From Armatimonadia bacterium (GTDB lineage: Bacteria; Armatimonadota; Zipacnadia; Zipacnadales; UBA11051), in assembly GCA_039683575.1 (NCBI GenBank), contig JBDKRC010000337.1:1-21362 (forward strand): DNA of 21,362 nucleotides, written 5' to 3'. The notes beneath the pieces were generated by a model that did not search any database, was not told the DNA's origin, and worked only from the letters and a program-made list of their open reading frames with translations. Positions 8,302-16,800 of the stretch are shown in pieces. The translations under genes were made by a program, and so were the position numbers. The number at the start of each line of letters is the position of its first letter. Position 1 is the first letter of the stretch.

Positions 8302-9269
8302 TCACCCCTGCGAGTGACGCGGCGGATGGCGTAGATCTTCTTGTCCTGTGCCTCATAATACGTCCGCGCCTGCAGTTCCGCGATCAGACCCATGCAGACG
8401 AACTGCACGCCCAGCAGCATCAGCAGCACTGCCAGGAGCAAGGCTGGCCGGTTCGCCAGCGGCGTCCCGTACACCAGGCGCTCCAGTGACAGGTAAAGCG
8501 CCAGCAAAAAGCCCGCGGCGCCGCTCCAAAGCCCCCAGCGCCCGAAGACCTGGATCGGCTTGGTGCTGTAGGCCAGCAGGAACTTCACCGTCAGCAGGTC
8601 CAGCACTACCTTGAGGGTACGCGACAGACCGTATTTGCTCTGCCCGAACTTGCGGGCGTGGTGCGTCACGACAACCTCGCCCACCCGCGCTCCCGCCCAA
8701 TACGCCAGCGCCGGGATGTAGCGGTGCATCTCGCCGTAGAGCTTCACATCCTGCAATATCTCCCGCCGGTAGGCCTTCAGGGAGCAGCCGTAGTCGTGCA
8801 GGTAGACCCCGGTCATCTTCGAGATCAGCCAGTTGGCCATCTTCGATGGCAGGATGCGCGTCAGCCACTTATCGTGGCGGTCGCGCCGCCACCCGCTGAC
8901 CACGTCGTAGCCCTCGTTGATCTTGTCCAGCAGCAGGGGAATGTCGTTGGGGTCGTTCTGGAGGTCTGCATCAAGCGCGATGATCACATCGCCGGTAGCT
9001 TGATCGAAACCGGCTGCCATAGCGGCGGTCTGGCCAAAGTTCCGCCGCAGGTGGACAGCCACGAAGCGCTCATCGCGGTCTGCCACGGCGTCGAGCTTCT
9101 CGGTGCTGCCGTCGCGGCTGCCGTCGTTGACCAGCACCACCTCGGCTGGCAGTGCAAGCCGAGCCAGCGCCGCGCTGAGCGCCTCATACAGCGGCTCTAT
9201 GTTATCAACTTCGTTATAGACTGGCAGGACGAGCGAAAGCTTGCGAACCGGCTCGGCGGCGTAGCTCAT
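8298..9269 (-). CDS. Glycosyltransferase family 2, polyprenyl-phosphate glycosyltransferase (ArnC/DPM-like)
   Basis: LPVYNE, VNDGSRDGS, RNFGQTAA, DADLQNDP.DIP, GYDVVSGWR, HDYGCSLKAYR, two C-terminal TM helices. Confidence 0.93.
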   Translation of the reverse strand: MSYAAEPVRKLSLVLPVYNEVDNIEPLYEALSAALARLALPAEVVLVNDGSRDGSTEKLDAVADRDERFVAVHLRRNFGQTAAMAAGFDQATGDVIIALDADLQNDPNDIPLLLDKINEGYDVVSGWRRDRHDKWLTRILPSKMANWLISKMTGVYLHDYGCSLKAYRREILQDVKLYGEMHRYIPALAYWAGARVGEVVVTHHARKFGQSKYGLSRTLKVVLDLLTVKFLLAYSTKPIQVFGRWGLWSGAAGFLLALYLSLERLVYGTPLANRPALLLAVLLMLLGVQFVCMGLIAELQARTYYEAQDKKIYAIRRVTRRGE

Positions 9270-9347
9270 GTGGTCTAGGCCTCGATGTGTAGTGTGTAAC
9301 CCAGACCACCGCCACCGTAACGCACAACGTCAGTTGCCCCATAGCCC

Positions 9348-9372
9348 GTGGGAGGGCTCTCCAGAGCCCGAC
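9348..9372 (+). repeat. GTGG-type REP-like palindrome between the epimerase and GT2 genes
   Basis: GTGGGA-GGGCTC-TCCA-GAGCCC-GAC. Confidence 0.55.
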
Positions 9373-9435
9373 AGCCCTCGGTGCGCCGGTCTCATCTTCT
9401 CCAGCAGGGCAGCCGGCTCGCCTCCCCCCACCGGC

Positions 9436-10404
9436 TCAAGACACTGCCGGGCTCAAAGCCGTTTCCCTATGCCAGCGCACAAACTCAGCCAGCCCCTCTT
9501 CCATGCTCACCTGCGGCTCCCAGCCCAGCAGCCTCTTCGCCTTGCTGATGTCCGCATACGTGTGCAGCATGTCTCCCGGCTGCGCTGGAAGCTGCTCGAT
9601 TCGCGGCTCTTTCCCCACCGCCTGCCCGACCGCGGCGACCAATTCCCGCAGCGTCAGTGGATGGGAATTGCCGATATTGATCGTCTCAAAATCAAGCTCT
9701 GTATCGGCTGCCGCAAGAATCGCCCTGGCAACATCCCCGACGAACGTATAGTCGCGGCTGCTACTGCCGTCCCCGAACATCTGGATCGGCTGGGCCGCCA
9801 GCATCAGCCGCACGAACGTGTTGATTGCCAGATCCGGGCGCTGTCGCGGGCCGAACACCGTAAAGAACCGCAAGCACGTCACGGGCAACTGGTAGAGGTG
9901 GTGGTAAGTGAAGCACAGCGCCTCAGCGCCCACCTTCGACGCCGCATATGGCGACACGGGGTGCGTGATGTCTTGGTCCTCGCTGTAAGGCAGACTGTTC
10001 CGGCAGCCGTACACGGACGAGGAAGAAGCGAACACAAACCGCCGCGGCGGGTGCTGAACCGCCGCGCGCAGCATGTTCAGCGTCCCCTCAGTGTTCACTC
10101 GCAGATACTCTTCCGGTTCCTGCAGTGAGGGACGCACACCGGCGCGCGCCGCCAGGTGCACTACCACGGACGGATGATAGCGGGAGAAGACCTCTTCTAC
10201 CGTCGTCGCATTGCAGACGTCACCCTCTACGAGATGGAACCGGTCGCTCAGCCTGAGTTGCTCGAGGTTACGTTCCTTCAGCTCGCGCGGGTAGTAGTCA
10301 TGGAAGCTGTCCAGGCAGACGACCTCATCGTCGCGCCCAACGAACGCCTCACAGGTATGCGAGCCTATAAAACCCGCTCCGCCCGTCACCAACGCCAATG
10401 CCAT
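9436..10404 (-). CDS. NAD-dependent nucleotide-sugar epimerase/dehydratase (UDP-glucuronate 4-epimerase-like)
   Basis: TGGAGFIG, HLAARAGVRPS, ASSSSVYG, YAASK, LRFFTVFGP.QRPDLA, RDYTFV.D, QPGD..HTYADI. Confidence 0.92.
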   Translation of the reverse strand: MALALVTGGAGFIGSHTCEAFVGRDDEVVCLDSFHDYYPRELKERNLEQLRLSDRFHLVEGDVCNATTVEEVFSRYHPSVVVHLAARAGVRPSLQEPEEYLRVNTEGTLNMLRAAVQHPPRRFVFASSSSVYGCRNSLPYSEDQDITHPVSPYAASKVGAEALCFTYHHLYQLPVTCLRFFTVFGPRQRPDLAINTFVRLMLAAQPIQMFGDGSSSRDYTFVGDVARAILAAADTELDFETINIGNSHPLTLRELVAAVGQAVGKEPRIEQLPAQPGDMLHTYADISKAKRLLGWEPQVSMEEGLAEFVRWHRETALSPAVS

Positions 10405-10414
10405 GAGCTTGCTC

Positions 10415-12034
10415 CTATGGTGCCTGTTCTCTCAGCCGGTAGATCCGCAGCGGTCCCGCCAGCGTCCCAGGCTCCTCTGCCACCAGTTGATAGTTCCGCC
10501 GTATCAGCCCCATTACCAGGTCGTGCAGTCGCTTGCCGCCCCCGTAGCGGTCGCTGGTCGCCATGAACTGCTCGGCCCCAGCGCTGATCACCGCCACCTG
10601 CGCCCCGCCGCCTAACCACTCCCGGATCATCTCATCATTGAAGAAATGTAGCCGCCTGAGTTCCGCCGTCTGCTTGCTCTCGCGATAGCCGAACAACTCA
10701 TGCGTCAGGGGTGCCGGAATCAGCAGTTTCGCCTCCAGGAACTGCTGCGGGTCGTCCAAAGTGAAGATCGTTTCCTGCGGTTGTACATGCCGCCGCAGAG
10801 CTTCTGCTCCCCGCCGCACCTGCTCCACCTGGGTCGGACGCGCCAGGGAGAACTGAAAGTGCGGTCCCGGCCCGGTGAGAATAGGGCAGAGGAGCACTAT
10901 CGCAGCGGCCGCAGTCCGCACGAAAGTGCGAGCCGCCCCCCTGAAACTCCGGGCCGCCTGCACATAGAGCCCTGCCGCCGCTACCACCATTGCCGGGAAG
11001 ATGTACAGGTCTAGGAGGTAGAAGACGTTCCCGCCCGTGAAAAGTGCGGCGGGCACATGAGATAGCCACTGCACCCCCGCCGCCCCCAGCGCCACCCAGA
11101 CGACCGCCTCCCGGCTGCGTTTCAGCCCCCACCACAGCCCCGGGGCCAGCAGCAGCAGCGTTGCCGCGCAGTACCGGACGAAGATCATCACATGCCAGCA
11201 GATGCTGTGCAGCGACGCCGGCGTCGCCTCGCCATAGCCCGCCGGAGCCACGATCTGCGGCCCCAGCTTCCCCAGGGTCAGCGTTGAGAGCACATTCTCA
11301 GGAGCCGCGATGGCAAACGGCAGCATCACCACCGCGAAGGTAAGTGCCCCCACAGCCAGCGCCGTAACCCGCTGGCTTACCCGCGCCGGATGCCACACCA
11401 GCACATAGACCGCCAGCGCCACAGCAAAGGGAGCGAGGTCATGCCGGCAGAGCAGCATCGCCCCCGTCGCGACTGCCCCCCCATACAACGTCCCTGCACT
11501 CTGCCGCGTCGCCGTGAGCAGATACAGGGCCAGGACCATGAAGAAAGCGGTCGGAGCGATGGCGTACGCATGCAGATACGCGTTAAGCGCCCCTGGAGAC
11601 ACCGCGACGAGCCACACGACCAGCGCCGCCGCCCAGCCCCCGGCCACCCGCCGCGCCATCAGCGCCGCCAGCCACACCGTGCCAAACATGAACAGCGCCG
11701 ACTCGACACGCCCCACAAGCAACGACGGCCCGGCAAGATGCTGGCCCAGGCCGTACAGGTAGTACAAAAGCGGCGGAATCTTGGCGTAGAAGTCCCTGAA
11801 GGGCATCCACCCCCGGCTGACCGTAAGCCAGCCCTCATACAAATACCCGCCCTCATCATAGACGGTAGTGCCGTAGACAACAAAGGCGACCGTCTCGACC
11901 AGCAACGCCAGCAGCCCAACCCCCAGCGCCAGACCAGCCCAGGGCCCAATCCGACTGGCCTTTTCAGCGCCCAGATCGGCCTCTAACGGCTCTACAGGCG
12001 CGGCGGCTGCAAAGAGTGCTGTGGTGGAAGGCAT
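10415..12034 (-). CDS. GT-C fold (ArnT/PMT-like) integral membrane glycosyltransferase; start probably ATG 12034 (track start 12085)
   Basis: First loop YDEGGYLY..W....G..P..DF...IPPL, more than 10 hydrophobic segments, soluble C-terminal domain. Promoter position favours ATG 12034. Confidence 0.8.
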   Translation of the reverse strand: MPSTTALFAAAAPVEPLEADLGAEKASRIGPWAGLALGVGLLALLVETVAFVVYGTTVYDEGGYLYEGWLTVSRGWMPFRDFYAKIPPLLYYLYGLGQHLAGPSLLVGRVESALFMFGTVWLAALMARRVAGGWAAALVVWLVAVSPGALNAYLHAYAIAPTAFFMVLALYLLTATRQSAGTLYGGAVATGAMLLCRHDLAPFAVALAVYVLVWHPARVSQRVTALAVGALTFAVVMLPFAIAAPENVLSTLTLGKLGPQIVAPAGYGEATPASLHSICWHVMIFVRYCAATLLLLAPGLWWGLKRSREAVVWVALGAAGVQWLSHVPAALFTGGNVFYLLDLYIFPAMVVAAAGLYVQAARSFRGAARTFVRTAAAAIVLLCPILTGPGPHFQFSLARPTQVEQVRRGAEALRRHVQPQETIFTLDDPQQFLEAKLLIPAPLTHELFGYRESKQTAELRRLHFFNDEMIREWLGGGAQVAVISAGAEQFMATSDRYGGGKRLHDLVMGLIRRNYQLVAEEPGTLAGPLRIYRLREQAP

Positions 12035-12041
12035 CAACTTC

Positions 12042-12070
12042 ATTATCAACCGCCGCCAAAACCATGTCAA
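12042..12070 (-). promoter_or_regulatory. Near-consensus sigma70 promoter for the glycosylation cluster
   Basis: TTGACA (12070..12065), 17 nt, GATAAT (12047..12042), 7 nt, ATG (12034). Confidence 0.75.
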
Positions 12071-12108
12071 GCACGACCGCTCCATTCGCGCCGCAGGCCG
12101 TTGTCGCT

Positions 12109-12127
12109 GTAGGACGGGGCCCCCGCC
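12109..12127 (+). repeat. Degenerate GTAG REP-like element
   Basis: GTAGGACGGGGCCCCCGCC, a loop-deleted relative of GTAGGGCGGGGGCTCCGTACCCCGCC at 13712. Confidence 0.45.
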
Positions 12128-12291
12128 ACGCTCTCATGCCCACCCCGGTCCACCGCCCTGATACGACTGCCAACAACCCCACAATGAACGCCTGGAACTC
12201 CACGGCCCCCTCACTCGCTGGCCCGAATACATGGAGGGGCCGAATATCGGCAGCCGTAACGCCGGTATCCGGCCCCTGTCGTCGCCTCTAT

Positions 12292-12319
12292 CTGATCCCT
12301 GACTCCTGATCCCTGAGAC
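12292..12319. repeat. Heptamer tandem repeat (CTGANNC)x4
   Basis: CTGATCC CTGACTC CTGATCC CTGAGAC. Confidence 0.8.
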
Positions 12320-12325
12320 CCGCCT

Positions 12326-13609
12326 CTAGAACTTCCCAAGTGCGTTGATAAACTCGCCGCATGCCTTCGAATACTCCGGGCTTTGCGAGTGTCCCATCGT
12401 CGGCGTCGGGATCATCCGCTTCGGCTCAGGCAGCACCGAATACGCCGCGTACACTGAACTAGGCGCGCAAGTCGTGTCCGCGTACCCCGTCGACAGCAGC
12501 GACGCGCACTTGGCATGACGCGCGAAATTCACCGCATCATAGTAGGCCGCAACCTTCGCGATGACAGGGTCATTGTTCGGGATGAGCCGCGGCCAACCCG
12601 GCGTGCGCCCGTAAAGCACCGCGCTGTGGTCGCAAAGCGCCGACACGTTCGCCGCGATGGCCGTTACCTTCGGCTCCAGCCCCGAGCACACCAGCGACAG
12701 CCCGCCGCCCTGGCTCGATCCGGTTACGATCAGGTCCTTGCCGTTCCATTCCGGCCGCGACATCAGGTAGTCCATGAACCGAGTGCAGCCCATGAACATC
12801 TTGCGGAAGTAGAACGTATCGCGGTTGTCCCGGTTTTCCCAGCGATAGTTCCCCAACGGCCCCTTGCTTGCCTCATCATAGGTTTCTTTGGGCAAATCCA
12901 CATCATAGTTGTGCGCAAACAGCACCATGCTCAGAAAGCCCTTGGCCGCCCAGCCAGTCCCTGGCCCATTGGGCCGGTAGCCCGCGGCCGGTACATTCAG
13001 GATCGCCGGAAACTTGCCTTCCTTGGTCGGCACGCTCAGCCACCCATAGATCCGCGTACCCAAGATGTTGGCAAAGCTCACCTTGTAGGTCGTCTGCTCG
13101 GCGTTGCTGTTCGCGTCAACCTTCACCATCTGCATATCCGCCGGGATCGCCCGCACTTCCGCCTTGCTGGCTTCCCAGAACGTCATGAAGTCCTCCGGCT
13201 CGGGCGCCAGCGGCACGATCTTCTCGGGCTCATAGGCCGCCCCGATCGGCACGCCATAGTTCGGCGGCGTCCGGTACTGCGCCTCAGTCAGCTTGAGCTG
13301 CAGAATCCCCGGCGCCGTCAAGGTTCCCTTGATCTGCGTCGGCTCCGTACCCAACTGGGCCTTCCCCTTCGCTACTTCCCCGGTGCCGTCAACCGACAGC
13401 AGGTAATCGAACTCGCCAGTAGTAACCGGCTGGTCATTCCTCAGAATGGTGATCGAAAACGTCGCTTCCTCGCCGCACTTGTAGATCCCCTCAGGCCGGT
13501 CCAGTGCTGCCTTAACAACATACTTGTCCCCCTCCGCCGGGGCCTGTGCAAACCCCGCCGAAACCGCCAAAGCAACCAGCAATACCAACAACAGCGTCCG
13601 TTTCATCAT
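12326..13609 (-). CDS. Secreted acetylxylan esterase / cephalosporin deacetylase-like protein (CE7/AXE1, alpha/beta hydrolase)
   Basis: Sec signal peptide (MMKRTLLLVLLVALAVSAGFA), P.DF..FW, IYGWL..P, nucleophile GSSQGG, YYDAVNFA, D.TC.PSSVYAAY, C-terminal catalytic His (MGH); AGGAG RBS. Confidence 0.88.
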   Translation of the reverse strand: MMKRTLLLVLLVALAVSAGFAQAPAEGDKYVVKAALDRPEGIYKCGEEATFSITILRNDQPVTTGEFDYLLSVDGTGEVAKGKAQLGTEPTQIKGTLTAPGILQLKLTEAQYRTPPNYGVPIGAAYEPEKIVPLAPEPEDFMTFWEASKAEVRAIPADMQMVKVDANSNAEQTTYKVSFANILGTRIYGWLSVPTKEGKFPAILNVPAAGYRPNGPGTGWAAKGFLSMVLFAHNYDVDLPKETYDEASKGPLGNYRWENRDNRDTFYFRKMFMGCTRFMDYLMSRPEWNGKDLIVTGSSQGGGLSLVCSGLEPKVTAIAANVSALCDHSAVLYGRTPGWPRLIPNNDPVIAKVAAYYDAVNFARHAKCASLLSTGYADTTCAPSSVYAAYSVLPEPKRMIPTPTMGHSQSPEYSKACGEFINALGKF

Positions 13610-13622
13610 TGTCTCCTTCTAG

Positions 13623-13656
13623 CTAATGGCTGACTGTCACTAATGGCTGGCCGTCA
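13623..13656. repeat. 17-nt imperfect tandem direct repeat upstream of the esterase RBS
   Basis: CTAATGGCTGACTGTCA / CTAATGGCTGGCCGTCA. Confidence 0.65.
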
Positions 13657-13668
13657 CCGACTACCATC

Positions 13669-13843
13669 TGTCATCCTGAACGAAGTGAAGGCCGTAGGAC
13701 GGGTCCGTTCTGTAGGGCGGGGGCTCCGTACCCCGCCGGCCGTTGTCTACGACCCATCTTCGTAGACCGGCGTCCCTCCCCGGCTCCCCGACAACACGAC
13801 CCCAGCCTTGTCATCCTGAACGAAGTGAAGGATCTATCACCGA
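13669..13843. repeat. Mosaic REP cluster: two direct copies of TGTCATCCTGAACGAAGTGAAGG flanking GTAG palindromes
   Basis: Identical 23-mers at 13669..13691 and 13809..13831. Between them: GTAGGACGGGTCCGTTC (13694), GTAG-GGCGGGG-N8-CCCCGCC (13712..13737) and GTCTACGA-N7-TCGTAGAC (13745..13767). Confidence 0.85.
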
Positions 13844-13876
13844 AGCCCCCCTCGTCCACTGGCTTCCTACCCGTCC

Positions 13877-16800
13877 CTACCTGATACCCAGCCGATCCAC
13901 CTTACACTTCTCCAACGCCGCCGCGAGCTTCGCCCGGTGCGCATACAGCGGCTGCGGCTCCCGCGCAAAGTGCGTCATATCTTCTGACACCTCCACCGGC
14001 ACTTCGAGCAGCGCCTTCGCCGCCTCCGTCTTCATCAGCCCCTTCTTCACACACTCATTGAGCAGGTAGAAGTACTCATAGTCCTCCAGCCCTTCCCTCA
14101 GCATCTCCCACCGGATCGAGTCCACCGGGCCCTCGACGTACGCCTTCTTGTCGTTCGGGTAGTCCCGGTTCGCCGGATAGATGAACCGCCCGTCGCCGTT
14201 GCCCCAGCACCCGCCCTCGGGCGTCCAGCCCATCGGGTCCGTCCACGGGTTCTGCGGCCGGTGCGGCGCCGCGGCGCTGTCCCACCACGTGCTCTCCCAG
14301 ATCAGACAGCCCTCCACCTTGTTCTGCCACGTCTGCCACATCCACACTCGCAGGTCCGTCGCCCCATGGTCGATGAACAGCCCTGCATACGGCGCCTTGG
14401 GCCCGCAGCACACGTACCACCAGACCTTCTCACCCGCCGCCTGCCGCTCCTGGCAGATCTTGCGGTCATAGTTGTACGACACCGGGCACCACGTGTCCAC
14501 GAACCCCAGCAGTGCCTTCTCCGGCTGTTCGGTCAGCATGCGGTTTAGCTTCGGCGCGTACTTGTGGATGCGTTCATTGGTCCGCGTGACCACCGGATAG
14601 TCATTCGGCTCCGGCTCGTCGTACCAGTACAGGTACGCCTCATCGAGCCAGCCCTTCTGCTCGAGGTGATTCTGAAGTTCCTGTATATGTGAGGCAAACA
14701 ACCGCTCGTACTCCGGGGTCCCCTCCTCAAACGGCCCGATCTTCCCCTTGTAGTACTCGCCGCTCCGCCCGCCACCCAGGAAGTTCACTGGCAGCCGGAA
14801 GGAGTTGAACCCGAACTCGTTGAGGTACCTGCTTGCCGCCTTGTCGAAGGCCGTCCAGTCCACCGTTACCTGCACCCCGCCCGTCCCGGCCTCGAAAGAG
14901 GCGTCCTTGATCAGGTTGCCCGTAGGGGCGGACTGCGGTCCGCCCGCGCCCTCCAGCTTCCCGAAGTACAGGTCATCAAACCACACCGCGCCCGTCCGCT
15001 CGCCCTTCTCACTCCACCGCACCGGCCGCAGCGTCAGGTCCACTGCCACACATCCCGCCGGGAAACGCTCGGGCGTGAGCGCCACTTCCTGCCGCTCCCA
15101 CTGGCCGCTGCCCTTGTACACCAGGTCGGTATTGCGCCCTGAGAACCACTTCCCGGTGGCATCAAAGCACCCCAGCGTCACCTGGTACTCCTGCCCCGGC
15201 TCGGCCTTGGCCGCCCATGAGAGCCGGTACGTCTGCCCGGCTTCAACTGGCAGGCGCCCGTTGTGCATTGCCGCGATTACCTTCGTATCACTGTCATCAT
15301 TGATATACAGGCTGCTCTTGCCGGTCAGTGCCTGATCGTCCACAATCTTCCCGCCGTTCCAGATCACCCCGCTCACATTCACTGTGAGCGGCGCCAACTG
15401 GAAGAAGTTGTACGGCGAGATTCGGTGCTCCCGGAAGTCCTGCATGTACAGGTCGAAGACCTTCTGCTGGTCAGCCGGGTCGGTCAGGTTCTGGTACTGC
15501 TTCACCCTCCCGAACGAGAAGCCCCATGCCGTAGTCAAATGCGACTTGCTCGGCATCGTGAAGTCATAGACCTGCAAGCTAACGGGGACCTTAGCGTCCA
15601 GCCCCTCACTCTTCACCGTCACAAACCCCTTATAGACCCCCGCCCGCGCCTGCATCGGCACCTTCACAGTAATCCAAAGCGGATAGTTCCTCCCCTTCTG
15701 CAGGCCGGGGGCTTTTACCGCTCCAGCCGTCCCTGCCCGCTCTGGCCGTTCGCCCCGCAACTCCGGCAGCGGATCCGGCCACCACCCGGGCGTGCTGCTC
15801 CCGTCAGTAGGGGTATCCACCTTCAGATACTCTACCTGCTTGACCGTGAACGCCTCCGCCCCGATCTTCGCTCCGCCCGGCCCCACAAACTCGCTCACCT
15901 GCGCTGTCAGGCCCTTCAGGTCGCGCTTGGGCCGCAGCACCAGTTGGAACGGCTCGTACTCGTTCCGCGCCGCCGCAATCCCGACCGCTGCCTTCTTCGT
16001 CGGCGCCGCCCGGGTCTGGCTGATCTTGTACGTCCCCTCACACCACCACAGGTCGGCATTGGCCTCACTCGCCACCGCATAGCCATAGTTGCTCGCATAC
16101 AGCGCCGGCACAAAGAACTCCGCCTCGGCCTGCCACTCCGTCACCCCATTGACCTTCGCGATCAGGTTGAGCTTATGCTCGCCGTCGCGGCCGATGCTAT
16201 ACGGGACCTTGACGACGGCGCTGCCACCGTCTCCGGGCACTGTGAAAGCCGCCTTCGTCTCGCCGCCCGGCTCAAACTGCGCCACCAACTCGCCCTTCAG
16301 CGCCGGGCCCTTGGCCAGTAAGACCGCCTCAATCGCCTCATCGCCCGGCAGCAGCGCCCCCAGCGACCGGATCGCTACCGTCATCTTGCCGGTATCCTTG
16401 AGCACATTCAGGAAGCTTGTCGAGCCGTCGAGCTTCCCCAAATCCTTGTCCAGTGCTGCCTGGTACTCATACGCATGTACCTGGAACGCCCCCGGCGCGA
16501 AGTCCTTGCTCTGCTCCTGCGCCCCCGGTGACCGCAGCCGCACATACACGGCCTTCGCCGGGAATAGCCCGGCCGGCAGGTCGAAGGTCTTGCTTCCCTT
16601 GTCGTTCATCTGTCCCACGGGCTGCCACTTCCCCGGCTCCGTGCCCGCCTCCACCAGACATGTCCCTGCCGAGTACCAACCAATCTGTATCGTGACACTC
16701 GCCTTTGTTTGCGTTACACCGGGCAGTTCCTGGCGGTAGATGACCTCGTTGCCGGGCCCGAAGACCCACCGCGAGCTATTGAACGAGGCCGTCGCGCTGT

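Noticed and set aside
9268-10128. 286-aa plus-strand ORF and similar long antisense ORFs (12515..13633, 15263..16321)
   Set aside because: Antisense shadows of well-supported minus-strand genes, with Arg/Pro/His-rich composition typical of non-coding frames.
13669-13831. Two identical 23-nt direct repeats as a mini CRISPR array
   Set aside because: Only two copies, a 117-nt intervening segment made of other palindromic repeats, further dispersed and inverted copies elsewhere, and no cas genes; this fits a REP-like family.
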